A stretch of DNA of 64,000 nucleotides, taken from Blastocladiella emersonii ATCC 22665. Taxonomy: Eukaryota > Fungi > Blastocladiomycota. Positions within the stretch are counted from its first letter, which is position 1; every line of letters begins with the position of its first letter. The stretch spans positions 2,777,634-2,841,633 of the forward strand of contig JANHCV010000002.1 of the NCBI GenBank assembly GCA_025594325.1, in the 5' to 3' direction. The notes beneath the pieces were generated by a model, which saw only the letters and a program-made list of their open reading frames with translations, ran no database searches and was not told the origin of the DNA. The translations under genes were made by a program, and so were the position numbers. This document shows, in pieces, positions 26,119 through 37,156 of this stretch.

Positions 26119-26931
26119 TCACAGGCCGAGGTCCTTGGTGACCTGGCGGACGCAAATCGGATGGAGCCCGTCGCGGACCTGGGCGAACGTGGCCAGGGCG
26201 AGGTCGCGGCCACCCTCGGCCGCGCTGAGGAGGCGGAACAGCGGGCGGACGTACTTCATGCGGCCAACCTCAGAGAGGAACTGGGCAACCTCCGGGTAGA
26301 TGGCCGTGTAGTTGGCGCCTATGGACGTGTCGCGCGCAATGGTGAGTGTCGCGCTCCTGACAGATTCCCGAGAGTGAGCGCGGAGGTACGTACGCAGCGC
26401 GATCATGTGCCAGCGGAAGCGAATCTCGCAGTTGCGGGACGCCGAGAGCGAGTACAGCTCGTCGAGCTTGGCGAGGTGCGAGTGCGGGAGGTTCTCCTTC
26501 AGGTCCAGGGTCTCGAGGAACACAACTAGATCAGGGGAGAGAGCGGGTTAGGTTAGCCTTGCTGGGGATGCTGCGGGGCGACCAAGTCCAGTCAGACGGA
26601 CCAGTCTGCATGGCAGAGAACGAGGAAATGTCCGTGGCCGAGAAATCCTTGGACAGGTCGGCAACATCGACGTTGCGCGACGCGTCCCAGCGGTCCGCAA
26701 GGTCGATGCAGACGCGCGCGAGGGAATCGTCGTACTGGTTCTCCACAATGGGCATGCCGGGCTTGTGCAGCCAGGCGTTCCAGTCGACCTGCTTGAGCAG
26801 CTCCGTCTTTTCCTCGCCAAAGTAGTGTTCGTAGAAGTCAAACAGGAACTTGGTGAAGTCGTCCGTGTTGATGGACCGACCAGCAACGTTCTTGCGTGTG
26901 AAGGCGGCAAACGACTCGGCGCCAAGGTGGT
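26119..26931 (-). pseudogene. LTA4H: C-terminal three exons of leukotriene A4 hydrolase / M1 aminopeptidase; catalytic N-terminal part absent
   Basis: VDWNAWLHKPGMP, NCEIRFRW, FLSEVGRMKYVRPLF and HPI...V.KDLGL*. Two introns and an upstream splice acceptor are retained. No GAMEN/HEXXH exons are present; the CSC1 stop lies about 140 bp upstream. Confidence 0.8.
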
Positions 26932-27068
26932 CTGGGCGCAATCAGCATGGGCAACCGAAGCGGGCACAGAATAATTTATCGAAATATATATGACATGGCC
27001 GGCGACCTGTTTTGCAGAAAAAAAAAACGAGAAGCGGACTGACAAGGCAGCGTATTATTCTTCAGGTC

Positions 27069-30000
27069 CTAGGGCAGGTCACCGTTACGAGGAATCGGCT
27101 CGTTGGTCACGGCCTCAAAAACAGAATTCGACTTAATTTCCGCGTGGGTGGCAACTCCGTGAGCCATGCCGCTCCGATGATCCACAGTAATGCTAGAAAC
27201 AGAGCGCGTGCCAGGGGTGCGAGGGCGACGGAACAAGGTTGGCAACGGAGTGCCAGGTAGCCAAAGAACTGGCAGTTCGCCATGCAGAAGAGCATTATCG
27301 TAACCAATATTTGCCGGCAGCCGATCGATGCCAACAATATTCTGAGCCAGACCGTCCACGTCATCGTTTTCCTCCGTCACCGTGTCCCCTCGCCAGTCGC
27401 GCCAAACGTCAAGCGGAACGTTGGATACGCGGCGCTCCATTGCGCGAATCCATACCCACGCAAGCATATTCAGGGCGAGTAAGGGCAGCAGGGCGACGGA
27501 CCAGTAAAACTTGCGGAGGGAGCTCAGCCCAAGCATGAGCAGGAGGAAGATGGTGAGGGCGTACTGGCCCATGCGCACAAATTCGATAAATATGCGACCG
27601 CTTGTGTTGGGGGCGCGAACCTGATAAACGAGCCGATAGCGCCACACACACCATGCGCAGCAGGCATAAACCAAAGTGAGCGGTAGAATGAGAGGGCAGA
27701 CCAGCGAGTACACCTGCCCAATGACAATCATAAGCACGGAGGGTGCAAATTCGTAAGACTGCCACTGGGGGCGCTTGCTTGCCAACAGCTGTTCGCGCGG
27801 GGTAGATGGCTTGGAGATGAAGCCTTCCACGAAGACACGGCCAAGTTGAAGGAGCAGGTTCGGGAGCAAAACGAAGGTGTTGAGGAGGAGCAAGTTGAAA
27901 AAGAACGGTGAAAGCTTCGGCAATGACTGCGCGAGGAGAACCGGGATTCGGGAGGGTTGGTCGAGCATCTCCTCGAGTGCCTTGAAGATCGTCTACAGGC
28001 AGCGGGAGTGGATTCGGTGAGCGAGGACTGAGCGCACAGACGGTTGCTTCAAGGCGTCAATCGGAAGCAATTGCTGTTTGGACCGTACCCCCGCAATGCT
28101 GAAAACAAGGAGGACGTTGAACAAGTTGAAGTAGTAAAATGTCGTGAAAGCAAACAAATTCGTCTCTGAGGCAGACTTGAACCCCCGAATCCGCCCAAGA
28201 GCAAGCAAAATGGTCGGAAGGAGGCCCATAAACGATGTGACGGCAAGAGTTGGCAGGACGCCTGAGACCAAGCCCATGAGGGTCGGTGAAGTCTCTAAGC
28301 GGTCAATCAACCACGGCCAGACCTTGTGAAGCTCCTCAACTGAGAGCAACGAACTTATGGCACCGACGGGAACTGCCCAGAAGAAAATGAGAAAAAAGAT
28401 GGCCACGCCAACTAAGACAAAGCGGACCCATGCCATCCTGGGCGAAATGTTTAAGTGAGAGTGCAGGATGTCATTAGGCGGAGGCGCGCGGGCGATCCGG
28501 AGCTCTGTAAGGGAGGCATGGACGAGTGCCTGGGTCGCGATCGTCTCCGATACAGGGTGCGAAAACATGACATAGGCCGTGCAGACCGGCGTGCTGTTTT
28601 GGTCAAAATGGCGACGAAGAGCGTGGACTCTCGCGTCGGCAGCAAGGAAACGGCTGTGTGCGTGGGCGAGGCGCTGCTCTGGCGAAAGCTTGCTCGTCAT
28701 CGCCCAGCACCGAATCGAGTGGACGATGGCGGCCAGTCGCGAAGGAGCGCTACGCTCAAGCGAGGGTGTTTCTACGCGAAGGTCACGGGTCGACGGCTCG
28801 TTACTGCGTTCGGCAAGGTGAGAGGTAGAGGTCCCGGCAATCGCGTCCAAACTTGGGCCCACGTTCGAATCGTCAATGTTGATGAGAGACGCCGAGTCTG
28901 GCATGGACGTGCGGGAAACGGCAGTGACAATGTCCATTGCGTTCGGGACTTGAATCGAGAGGCGTTCTACCTCGAGAAGCCAGTGCCAGCGACGAGCAAG
29001 CGCCCACTCCACAGCCCAAGAGTGTCGGAGGATCACGACCTTCTCCACAGCGCCAATGGAAAGACCCTCGAGGTACGATCTGAGGTCAACTTCTGTCATC
29101 CCAGCGGGCAGCCCTTCGACCAAGACGGTTCGAGCGGACGGACCCGTCACTAGCATGTAGCGCGAACGAATTGCCAAGGCGCGGGAATACGCCCGGTGGA
29201 GAAAGTAGTAGAAGCCGAGCACTAGGGCCCACGCGGCAAAGACGTGAGCGAAGAGCGCGTTCGATCCAACTGGGATATTGTCAATCGTGTACAGTTCCGT
29301 GCGCGCGGAGACGAGAGTTGAGTTGGATGTACCGCTGGCCGGTCCAGCGGATGCAGTCGGCTTCGGGTCAGACTCTGCGTCCTCCGAGTGCGCGTAGATG
29401 ACGTGGAACGGCAGTACGATGGAAAACGCGACGAGCGTGGCGTAGATGAGATAGGAAATGACCATCTCAAGGGCGCAGAAAATCTGTTCGATCAAGGCGC
29501 AAGTCAAAAGATCGCTCCGATACACGCAGGACATCACGTACCAATGCTCCGTCTGCGCCACATTCTTGCAGGATGTCGTCTGTCGTCAAATTACAGATCG
29601 CGCGGGCCCACGCAAACCAGCCCCTTTCGTCAAGTCGTCTAGACGCCGAGAGTTTGCGTGTTACGGGAAGGTGAGCGGTGGGTAGTCCACTGACTGTCCT
29701 AGCGCACGAAACGCACTTGCGCAGGTCGTCTGTCGGGTAGTAGATGCGTTCAAGCGGCCTGAACCGATGGATAGCCGAGAACGCAAATATGATGATCGTG
29801 GCGGCCAAACTCACAAAAATGAGCTGCGTGATCACATCTGGGGTGATGGGGCATGTAAGTAGCGGACAGAGGGACGGACAAGGCAATCTCCGAACCCTGC
29901 GGCTTTTCAGCCGACGACTCTGGGTCGCCTGGGACTGCCATTGCGACGATCAAGGTCCCTGATTGTGGTTGCACCAAGTTTGGCGACGTTCTGGTAGCGG

Positions 30001-30091
30001 TGGTGCTGTTGATGTTGGGCAACGGGGAGAGGCTGTTTCGAGTGCCTGCTTGAGCACACAGAGCGGAGGTGGTTGACTCCACTTCGGGCAT
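27069..30091 (-). CDS. CSC1/OSCA/TMEM63 (RSN1/PHM7-like) calcium-permeable mechanosensitive channel; multi-exon
   Basis: ELYTIDNI, TVLVEGLP, APPPNDILHSHL, FFWAVPVGAISSL, YSLVCPLILP and multiple TM helices in the RSN1_TM / PHM7_cyt / RSN1_7TM arrangement. Confidence 0.92.
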
Positions 30092-30189
30092 CTGGCTACC
30101 CGTAGTCCACTTGTGTGACAGAAGAGTATTTTGTAAACATGAATGTATTGGTCGCTGGAATAGAGGTCGCGGCTACAAGATCAAACAGC

Positions 30190-31558
30190 TTACTGTTGGC
30201 GGTGGCGCCAGAAATAGAAGGCAGCTGCCGCTCCGGCCGAGGCGAGCGCGAGGACAACGAGGAGCGAGGAACTGGGATCTGCTGCACTGCGACGGGATCG
30301 GCGCATTCTCCGCTTCTTGGTCTTGGAGCCGCCTGACGTGGCGCGTGCCTTGTCCGTGGCCTGTTGGTCGGTGGATGATGATGAGTCTGGCGCAGACGAC
30401 TCCACGAAAACTTGCTCCGTCTTGACGCCAGCGGCTAGCTTCGCAGCTGCAGCTGCTAGTCCAGTAGGGAAGGCGAGTCGGCCCGAGGGGTCAAGCTCGA
30501 GTGCCTTCGACATGACCGAGTAAGCTGCAACGAGATCCCGCTCAACGCCCTGCCCGTGTAGGAACATAACGCCGATGTTGAACAGAGCAGATGCGTGGCC
30601 AAGCGCTCCGCTCTTGGACCACCGTTCATGGGCGTCGCCATAATGACCGTTCTCGAACTGCAGAAGGCCGGACTCGAACATGCTGTTGGCGACAAGCGCT
30701 CGCAGCTTGGCCGAGCCTCCCAACTGCGAAACGGCAAGGGGGGCGCCGGGAGCAAGTGGGGCTGTGGGCAAAGGAAGGCCTGAAGTCGAGGCAGGGGATC
30801 CGGAGCTCGCTGGAGAGCCTACGCGATCAAGCTCACCAGCAGCGAGCGACGACGCACGATCGAACAGGGCAAGGGCGACGGGGGCATCCTTGGCTACGCC
30901 ATGACCCGTCTGGTACGCCGTTGCCAGGACAAAGCAAGCTTCGGCGACATGCTCAACGTTGTAGTCGTCGACTGCCGTGTGAGCCGCTTTCTGGTGCCAG
31001 AAGACCGAGGTCTGAAGGTTCCGGGCGACAGGAATAGCCGTCGAAGTCTCGTTCCCAACTTCATAAAACGCTGCGACCTTGAGCATGCACGGGACGTGTT
31101 CACGCTTTGCACCTCGCTCATAAAGATCGAGCGCTCGAGGGGGGTCGTAAGACTCGAGAAACGACGCTAGATAGTAGACTGTTTGTTGATCGTCAGTGTG
31201 GGTGGGGGTTCCTTGTTAAGGTGTTCACAGCGAATGAGTACCCACAGGAAGTTGGATCAGTCTCGAGGCCAGGGTCCTCAGCCTCCGCGACCACAACGGG
31301 CCAGTCAATGGCGGTTTCCTTCTCGAGATGAATGGTTACGACGCGGCGGCCGTCAGCGGACGTCTCGATCTGCCAAAGCGATTCGTGGTGGTTGATCTTT
31401 GCGAACAGCTTGCCAGCCACGAATACTCGGTCCCCAAGGGCGGCCCGGAGGGTGTCGGGGCGGATGTGGACCGCTGGGCGAGCCGAAGCCGGTGCATCCC
31501 GCGGCAGCGCAAAGCTTACGGCGACCTGGTCGTGCGTTTGCGTGTAGTTGTAATACAT
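30190..31558 (-). CDS. CS (p23/NudC-like) domain + SEL1-like repeats + C-terminal TM anchor protein
   Basis: YNYTQTHDQVAVSFALP...GKLFAKINHHESLWQIE...IHLEK..WP is a CS domain. ACFVLATAYQTGHGVAKD and ALFNIGVMFLHGQGVERD are SEL1 repeats. The C-terminus is the hydrophobic tail LLVVLALASAGAAAAFYFW. At least one intron. Confidence 0.82.
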
Positions 31559-31953
31559 GAGAGTGGCTTCAAGGTGCGGGGAACAGAGGACTTCTGGCCT
31601 TCGCAAATATCGCCGGCGCATGAGTCGGCGGTGGCGAGTTGATCGCCAAAGGGTTGACAGAAGTGACACCCCCGGGCACTGACTGAGTTTTGGTCACTCG
31701 GCGTCACTCTCGCTCATCGCTGAGCCCGCGAGCCGCCGCCTGCCTCACGTCTCCGCCGTCCTGCCTCCCACACCACATTGCCGACAGCCTCAACCGGTCC
31801 CTGCAACGCGCCCTGGAGGGTTGCCCGAAGAAGCCTGCCCTGCCTGCCCGCACAAACAAGGCCGTTTTGAGCTTTCAAGGGAACATTGGTGCGCCAGCTC
31901 CTTCACGCCCCGCGCACCCCTCCACCCCACTGCACCAGGGTCTGCTTCTAACG

Positions 31954-31995
31954 ATGACGATGATGTTGCTGATGTATAATTTACCGTACATGTGA
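31954..31995 (+). promoter_or_regulatory. uORF1 of the bZIP gene (MTMMLLMYNLPYM*)
   Basis: ATG at 31954 to TGA at 31995, with five Met codons, in frame with the main ORF. A GCN4/cpcA-type leader is expected to carry uORFs. Confidence 0.55.
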
Positions 31996-32020
31996 CGCGG
32001 TGTGTGCGCGTCTCCCCACA

Positions 32021-32068
32021 ATGGTCGTTCTTGGCACCGAAGCCAGGTTACTAGCCCTTGCGATTTAG
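32021..32068 (+). promoter_or_regulatory. uORF2 of the bZIP gene (MVVLGTEARLLALAI*)
   Basis: ATG at 32021 to TAG at 32068, ending 2 nt before the probable main ATG at 32071. Confidence 0.55.
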
Positions 32069-32070
32069 TT

Positions 32071-33924
32071 ATGGCGCACGCTCCGCAACCATACGAGGAC
32101 TTTAACCTCTTTGGCGACGAGGCAGCTGGGGCGTCCACTACTGTGGACTTTGCCGCCTCCTCGTCCGCTTCGACAGTCACCGCTGGAACGGGAACGGGAA
32201 CCCGTAGTCAGCAGCAGTTCGTCGCTACTGGGAACCAACAAGTGCAACAGCTTCATGATGGTCAGCCGCACTTCTTCCAGCAACATCAGCAACCGCTCCA
32301 GCCCCAACCGCATCAGCAACATCAGCGGCCGCATATGAACCATCAGCTCCCGTCCAATCCTGCTTACCAACAACAGCTCCACATGCCCCCTCCCATGGCG
32401 GGTCATGTTCAGCCTGCACCGCTCCCGAATCCTTTCGCCCAGCCTTCGACCGGTGCAGCCATCAACATCCCTGTTGGCCCGATGTCCAACCTGCTTCCAG
32501 AGTGGCGGCCGACGTCGCTCCTGTCCCCTTCGTTCACCCCTGCTACTGTCTTTGACTCGCCCGATCTTGGTTACGATGCTTCCGCTCTCTTTTCACCTGC
32601 ACTCCTTGATGCTTCCCAATCGCCCTACATGGCTGATGCTGCATCCCCCCTGTTAGAGGATGCAGCCGCGAGCTTCGTTTCTGCGATGCCTGGCGCTGCC
32701 TCCCAATTTTTCCCCGATATGCAAGCTGTTGTCTCGTCTGGGCTGGGCGGCTCACAGACCGACAATCGGTTTTTGAAGCAGATCCCGCAAGATTCATTGC
32801 AGGCGCAAGCCGCGGGGTCGCTCCAATGGATGACACCTTCGAACCCTGCTCACCACTCATTCGGCCCTTCGGGACCAGTAGCATGCACTGCACCCTCGCC
32901 CTATGCAGTCTCGAACGGCCCTAGCCGCATGGTTGCCCCGCCGTCGTCCGCTCAATCACAAGGTGTCGCTGCCATGGCCGTGTTGGCGGCGGCGGCAGCC
33001 AACGCGTCTCCCTACATGGCGATGCAGTCTTCGTTCCCGCAGCATCATGCAGCGAACTCGGCAACGGGCGTCGATAAGCAACAACCATCGACGCGGACGC
33101 AGTCCTCTCAGCAGCACAACTTGATCCGAGGGGCAGCGCTTGACTCTCAACACCAGCCATCACTTGCGCAACCTAATCCGACTCTTCACGGCACTTCGAG
33201 CCACCTTCTTACGGTGGGGCGAGGGGATGCAGCAAATCCTGCGGAGTACGCGTCCGCGTCCGCATCCGCATCTGCCTCAACGGCGAGTCTCTCTCCGTCC
33301 GTTCCTTTTGCAGCCCACCGCGGACCTGGAAACTTGTTAGCCGACGCAGGTGCTTCGCTTGGCGCTGCTAAACCAGCCACGGCTTCCACCGCTCCTTCCT
33401 TGGCGCGATCCCGAAAGCGCCCCGCCCAGGCGGCTGCCCACGGGCCGCCCACCCATTCGCCTGATGTGGATGCGAACAATGGCAGCACCGGTGGCCACCA
33501 GTCTGCGGGAGAGCACGGCGAGTCGCCCATGAATGTTGACTCCCATGAACTTGATCCGGTCGCCCGCAAGCGCGCCAAAAACACGGACGCTGCTCGACGC
33601 TCGCGACTCAAGAAGATGCAGCGACTTGAGACGCTAGAGGAACGAGTCCAAATTCTCGAAGCCGAGAACAAGCGCCTTACCCTTGAAGTTGCGGTGTGCG
33701 ATAACGACCGCAAAAACTGGGAGATTAAGGAATCGGAGCTCAAGGCGCGAATTGCCTACCTTGAGGACAAACTCTTTGCAGGAATGGCAACTGCGACTGC
33801 GAGCGCACTCCGTCAGCAGACCCCAATCGACCCTAGAGCAGCAGCAGCATCAGGTCGCCCTCCGGTCCGGGACGGGACCTCGAATTCGAATGGTTTGCCC
33901 GGATCGCAGTCAAGAGGCCCATAA
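32071..33924 (+). CDS. GCN4: GCN4/CpcA-type bZIP transcription factor (intronless)
   Basis: DPVARKRAKNTDAARRSRLKKMQRLETLEERVQILEAENKRL matches the Gcn4/CpcA basic region KRARNTEAARRSRARK plus a leucine zipper. The N-terminus is Q/S/P-rich, and upstream uORFs are present. Confidence 0.8.
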   Translation: MAHAPQPYEDFNLFGDEAAGASTTVDFAASSSASTVTAGTGTGTRSQQQFVATGNQQVQQLHDGQPHFFQQHQQPLQPQPHQQHQRPHMNHQLPSNPAYQQQLHMPPPMAGHVQPAPLPNPFAQPSTGAAINIPVGPMSNLLPEWRPTSLLSPSFTPATVFDSPDLGYDASALFSPALLDASQSPYMADAASPLLEDAAASFVSAMPGAASQFFPDMQAVVSSGLGGSQTDNRFLKQIPQDSLQAQAAGSLQWMTPSNPAHHSFGPSGPVACTAPSPYAVSNGPSRMVAPPSSAQSQGVAAMAVLAAAAANASPYMAMQSSFPQHHAANSATGVDKQQPSTRTQSSQQHNLIRGAALDSQHQPSLAQPNPTLHGTSSHLLTVGRGDAANPAEYASASASASASTASLSPSVPFAAHRGPGNLLADAGASLGAAKPATASTAPSLARSRKRPAQAAAHGPPTHSPDVDANNGSTGGHQSAGEHGESPMNVDSHELDPVARKRAKNTDAARRSRLKKMQRLETLEERVQILEAENKRLTLEVAVCDNDRKNWEIKESELKARIAYLEDKLFAGMATATASALRQQTPIDPRAAAASGRPPVRDGTSNSNGLPGSQSRGP

Positions 33925-34069
33925 CGCTTCCCCGGAATAATATGACTACGACCACGTGGTAATCGTTTACTAAATCCTCCAGCCTTCACCCTCAGAACTT
34001 GAATTTTATCCATCAAAGCATTGAGGGCGAGCGCTCAACGGTGGGTGCGTTGCGCGTTAAAGACAAAGT

Positions 34070-37000
34070 CAGTGCTGAAGCGATTTCGTTGGCGGGAAAG
34101 CGCGCCCCTGGCCCATCTGGCATCACGTATCGTTTCCTGCGCGAGTCGGGCCCGCGCGCGCGTGCCGACCTGCTGAGGCTCTTCAACGACATCCTCCGCA
34201 CGGGCGTCGCTCCCGCTCAGTGGCGCGAGGGCTCCATCTACGTGATCCCGAAGACCGACGCGGGGTACACACCGCTGCGGCGATGCGGCCCATCACGCTC
34301 ATGGAGACCGCATCGAAACTGTTTATGAAGATCCTCGTGTCGCGCGTGATGCCCGTCCTCGTTGAGCACGACGTGCTGCGCGGCGCAAAGTACTCTGTTC
34401 TGCCCGGGACAGATACGGCCGTCCCGATCCAGCTCCTCTCGTCTGCCATTGACCATGCCCGCGACTCGGACAAGGCCATGTACGTGTACTTTGAGGACAA
34501 GAGCAAGGCGTTCGACACGGTCCCGCACTCGATCTTGCGGCTGGCCCTGCGCCGCATCCGTCTGCCTGAGCCGTTCGTTGAGTTGTACTGCACGCAGTTC
34601 CTTGAGGGTCGCACATCGCGTGTGATCACCGCGCATGGGCTCACCGAACCGATCCCGTGTCTCCGCGGCGTGCCCCAGGGCGCCGTTGAGTCCCCGCTAA
34701 TGTGGTCCTGTCTCTACGATCCCCTCCTTTGTAACGATATTTCGAAAGGCGCAGATGACGCTTTCCCTCTCCTCCCGTATGCAGGTCGCGGTTCCTTCAA
34801 GTCCGCGCACACTCGGCCTGGTTACACCCCGCCGAGACGCGACCTGCTTGCTTCAGGCCTATCTCGGCGACCCTCATGCCCATCCACAGTGGGGCCCGTG
34901 TGCAGCCTTTCGCACCCGCGAGAGTTACCCACTCAGTGTTGACGACCAAGTTGCCCCACCCATCAACATCCGCGAGGCCTTCACCGCAGGTCTTCGCGTG
35001 ACACAAGTCCCGGCTCAGGCGGGCCCGCTCGACCTCGATCCTGCACTGGTGCCTGTCTACACGGACGGCTCCATGGTGCCAGCTGCGGACGGGGTCGGGT
35101 CGTCCCGCCTTGGAGCGGGCGTGTGGTTCCCGACGCTTGGTGTCCGTCTGTCAGCGCGCGTCTCGCCTGGCGTAGCTTCTTCTACGCGAGCCGAGGCGTG
35201 GGCGATCGCGCTTGCGGTCGCCGCGGCACCACAGCGCTCGCGGATCCACATCTACTCTGACTCCCAGGCTGCCATTGCATCGGCCATCCGCGTCCTATCG
35301 TTCCTTTCCTCCTCCTCGTCTGATTCTGGCTTTCCTTCTTCCCTCAGTTCTACTGACGCATGGTCGTTTGCAGTGGCAGCCGCGCGTGCCCGCCGCGTGA
35401 CCTTCACAATCTCCTGGGTCCGCGGGCACGCCGGCGTTGAGGGGAACGAGATCGCTGACGGGCTCGCCGCTGACGGGATCAATCTGGCCCAAGAGCTCGT
35501 CCTCGCTCCCCCCTTCGCCAAACAGATCCGGTTAGATGTTCAGCATGCGCTGTATTTTGATGACGTCCCCGTTCCCACATCCTCCACTGCACTCCTCAAG
35601 ATCCTGTCCACTGCACGCTGCGATGCGACTATCCGCTCCAAGTCCGCCCTCCTCTCCTTCCTCCACACCTCCCCTGACCCCGATGAGCACCCTGACATGC
35701 TTGCGACCTCACTGGCCATTGGCTCCGGCTCCCGCCCGATCGATAAGCGCACCTCCTGCGCTGCGAACCGCGACATCGTCTATCGCGTTCGCCACCTCCT
35801 TGGGATCACACCCACTCGCTCACTACTGCACGCCCGCCATCCTACTCTAGTCACTTCACCGGTGTGTCCTAGGTGCCAAGTAGCCATTGACGACGGAAGC
35901 CACTGGATGATCTGCACCCGTAACGCCGCGGCCGTGTCCGCCGCGCTGGGCTCTGCCCAAAAGTCCATTGAGCGGTATTCTCGCCGCGCCGCTGCCTCTG
36001 TTGCCGCCGCCGCCGCCGCTACTGCTGCGGCCGCATCCACTGCACGAGCACCGAATGCGCCCACTCCACCTCCACCTCCACCTGCACCACCACCGCCTCT
36101 CTCTCCTGTCCAAGGCGAGGACCTCAGCACGCCCGGCTACGCCATGGTCGGCGAGTCCATTGCTGGCGCAACTGACGCCCTCCACAACTTTGGCACTCGA
36201 CTCGCAGCGTCCATCTGGCGCGACCCCGACGCCCTCTCCCGCCTCGCCGGCTGCGTTCTTCGCGTGCGCGACGTATCGTTCGGCTCGCGGGCCCTCCAAC
36301 TCGACCGCGCCCTCACCCGGCCCGTCCTCGCGGCCATCACCTCCGTGGCCTCGCGCTCCCTCTGGCGACTCGGCTGGCTCCCCCATGCCGCTGGGTGCGC
36401 CGAGGTCGACCCCCTGAACTTTTCCGACGCTCCGCCCCGCGAGGCGAGCGCACGCATTCGACGTCCATTTGGCCAACACGGGGCCACCCTCAAGTTCATC
36501 AACAAACACCACTACTGCGCGCGGTGCTTGCACTCGATGCACTCCCACGCCCCCAACCCCTCTGGGCGTGAAGAAGACCCGCCCGTGTGCCCGCCCACCA
36601 CTGCGGCCCAGGCGGCTCTTGCTGCAGATCCCTCCGCCCGTCTTTGGCTGCTCGGCTCCCCAAGGCACATCCTGAAGTGACAAGTCCGAAGGAACCGCGT
36701 GGTCGTCGCTGAATCATGCCCATCGGTGCATGGGTTGACACAAAAGAAAAGAAAAGAAACGAAAAGAAGAGAAAAGACAAAACAGAAGAAGAAAAAGAAA
36801 AACTGACATTCCTCTCGGGCCACGGCCAAAGCCACAATACTGCTACTGGCTTTCCGGCGTGCCCTCGCTCTCTCGCTGGCCAGCCCAGCATGTCGCCCTG
36901 CTCGGTCTCGATTATTGTTCATTCGCTCCCTCTCTCGCTACTGCTCGTTTGACGCTACTGGTCTGCTTTGCTCCGTCCGTTTGTCCTATCTTTCCTCCCT

Positions 37001-37156
37001 CCCCCACTTCTTCCCCTTTGCTCCTCGACGTGCGTGGTCCAGGCCTTGCTGCATTGCAGCTCTGCCAGAAAAGGCCGGCGCCTGTCGTAAAGTGGATACT
37101 CTGCTTGCAGGTTACAACCGCTGTTAAAGAATAAATCAAAGATTCCACAAGAAAAA
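34070..37156 (+). mobile_element. 5'-truncated, internally deleted non-LTR retrotransposon: RT(partial)-RNase H-CCHC, 3' UTR, AATAAA, short A tail
   Basis: RAPGPSGITY, MRPITLME, EDKSKAFDTV and GVPQGAVESPLMWSCLYDPLL. RNase H motifs VYTDGS, SSTRAEAWAI, IYSDSQAAI and WVRGHAGVEGNEIADGLA. CPRC..D..HWMIC. ORF stop at 36680, AATAAA at ~37130, tail ...caagaaaaa at 37156. Frameshift at ~34280. RT motifs downstream of YDPLL are missing. Confidence 0.92.
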
